A stretch of 63,985 nt of DNA, filler included, from Pirum gemmata (lineage: Eukaryota): the NCBI GenBank assembly GCA_002812295.1. It is 30 parts of 30 records of this genome, joined end to end, with 100 filler letters (N's around TTAATTAATTAA, not from the genome) between each part and the next. Parts side by side here need not be neighbours in the genome. Positions count along the whole stretch, not along the records: positions 62,356 to 63,985 come from PDIN01010128.1; 29 more parts are not named here. One strand, given 5' to 3'. Under the pieces are notes generated by a model, which saw only the letters and a program-made list of their open reading frames with translations, did not search any database and was not told where the DNA came from. Position 1 is the first letter of the stretch. Each line of letters starts with the position of its first letter. Below, in pieces: positions 62,932 to 63,985 of the stretch. A program made the translations under genes and the position numbers.

Positions 62932-63106
62932 TAGGGGTGAGATATCTACTGTAACTTTTTTCGAACAGATGCTTATCGAGCCAACCTTAGTTCCGTAGAT
63001 ACCAATTCAAGTTATAATATTAACATTAATAGTAATAAAAACCACAAAAATCAGAAAAGTTCTGGCAGCTGTTCGGTAATAATAAAATGACGTCATCTCA
63101 CCCCTA
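62932..63106 (+). mobile_element. MITE family E full copy (TIR TAGGGGTGAGAT)
   Basis: TAGGGGTGAGAT...ATCTCACCCCTA perfect 12-bp inverted ends; right-end fragment also at 27969-28020 (minus). Confidence 0.85.
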
Positions 63107-63130
63107 ATTCTACTAGCTAGCTAATGGAAC

Positions 63131-63395
63131 ATTGGGAGCTGAAAACTCCCGCCGGAACCATATATGGTAAAACATGTTACGAGTTTCTTTTTTTGGTTAT
63201 AATGATTACATAAATAGGTATATAATTATATATATATATATATTTAATTCAACTTTTTAATTCAGTTTTTGAGCTGGGCAAAATTGGGAGCTGAAAACTC
63301 CCACCGGAACCATATATGGTAAAACATGTCACAAGTTTCTTTTTTTGGTTATAATGATTACATAAATAGGTATATAATTATATATATATATATAT
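63131..63395. repeat. Direct repeat of ~113 bp (63131-63243 and 63283-63395)
   Basis: ATTGGGAGCTGAAAACTCCC...TATATAT present twice with a few substitutions. Confidence 0.85.
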
Positions 63396-63670
63396 TGGAA
63401 ATTCTGTCTTCTTATGGTGATATATGGACTATATATGGGTTCCTAGAAATGTAAGAAATCACAGGATTCACAGCTGAAAAAAGTCTGAAAAATCATGAGG
63501 AAACATTCATTAATGACGTCATTTTATAAATATTCTTTTTCTAGATTGCCATTTTAAGGGCTAATATTTCAATATTAAGTTAAAGAATTTTCATCTGAAA
63601 GGGTCAGAAGTCTAGCTAGGGTCAGAAGTCTGTAATGTTTTTAATGACGTAATTAAACCTGATTATACAG

Positions 63671-63820
63671 TTTTCAGTTATTTTGTTGTCATAAAATATA
63701 CAATAAAAAGTACCAAATTAATACAATATAAATACATTTAATTTTATTTGGTATATTTTATTATATATTTATTTATTTTAAAGTATCCATTTAAATATTA
63801 TAAACTACCAAATAAATACT
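63671..63820 (+). mobile_element. MITE family A copy, right end truncated
   Basis: TTTTCAGTTATTTTGTTGTCATAAAATATACAATAAAAAGTACCAAATT... Confidence 0.85.
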
Positions 63821-63985
63821 GGTAGTCTTAGACTTAGACTAGTTATTTGTCTTAGGTCTTAGACTGGGCTGTATTTTTTTATTATTATAAAAGTCTTTTA
63901 GTAGGTCTATGTATGATAATAAAAATATTTTTTTTCTTCAAAAAAAATAAAAATAATAAAATAATAATACTAATAATGAATAATA

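Overview
This window is not one locus. It is 30 short scaffolds (mostly ~1.9 kb) from an AT-rich, intron-rich eukaryote, concatenated with 29 artificial 100-bp linkers (N44-TTAATTAATTAA-N44), so adjacency across a linker means nothing. The standard genetic code and GT-AG introns are used; the organism cannot be identified from this window. Intronless ORFs: class 3 lipase, Amt ammonium transporter, a Q-rich 4-TM protein and an amphipathic-repeat protein with a GPI-like tail. Spliced fragments reconstructed by eye, mostly missed by the ORF track: tectonin beta-propeller lectin, SEL1L/Hrd3, PSMA2, CTR9, a Spinster-like MFS transporter, a coiled-coil protein and an S/N/K-rich repeat protein. Non-coding DNA has three components. 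(1) Dozens of interstitial TTAGGG/CCCTAA arrays in both orientations, many intronic and some directly against splice acceptors. (2) At least eight families of ~150-300 bp non-autonomous TIR elements (MITEs), a decayed LINE and a fold-back element with tRNA-like arms. (3) Tracts of TA-delimited words (TAGC, TAGAC, TAGTC, TATCGA) that look like stacked transposon excision footprints. The best candidates for undescribed biology are the footprint fields and the use of telomeric repeats as intron and splice-signal sequence; both mechanisms are inference.
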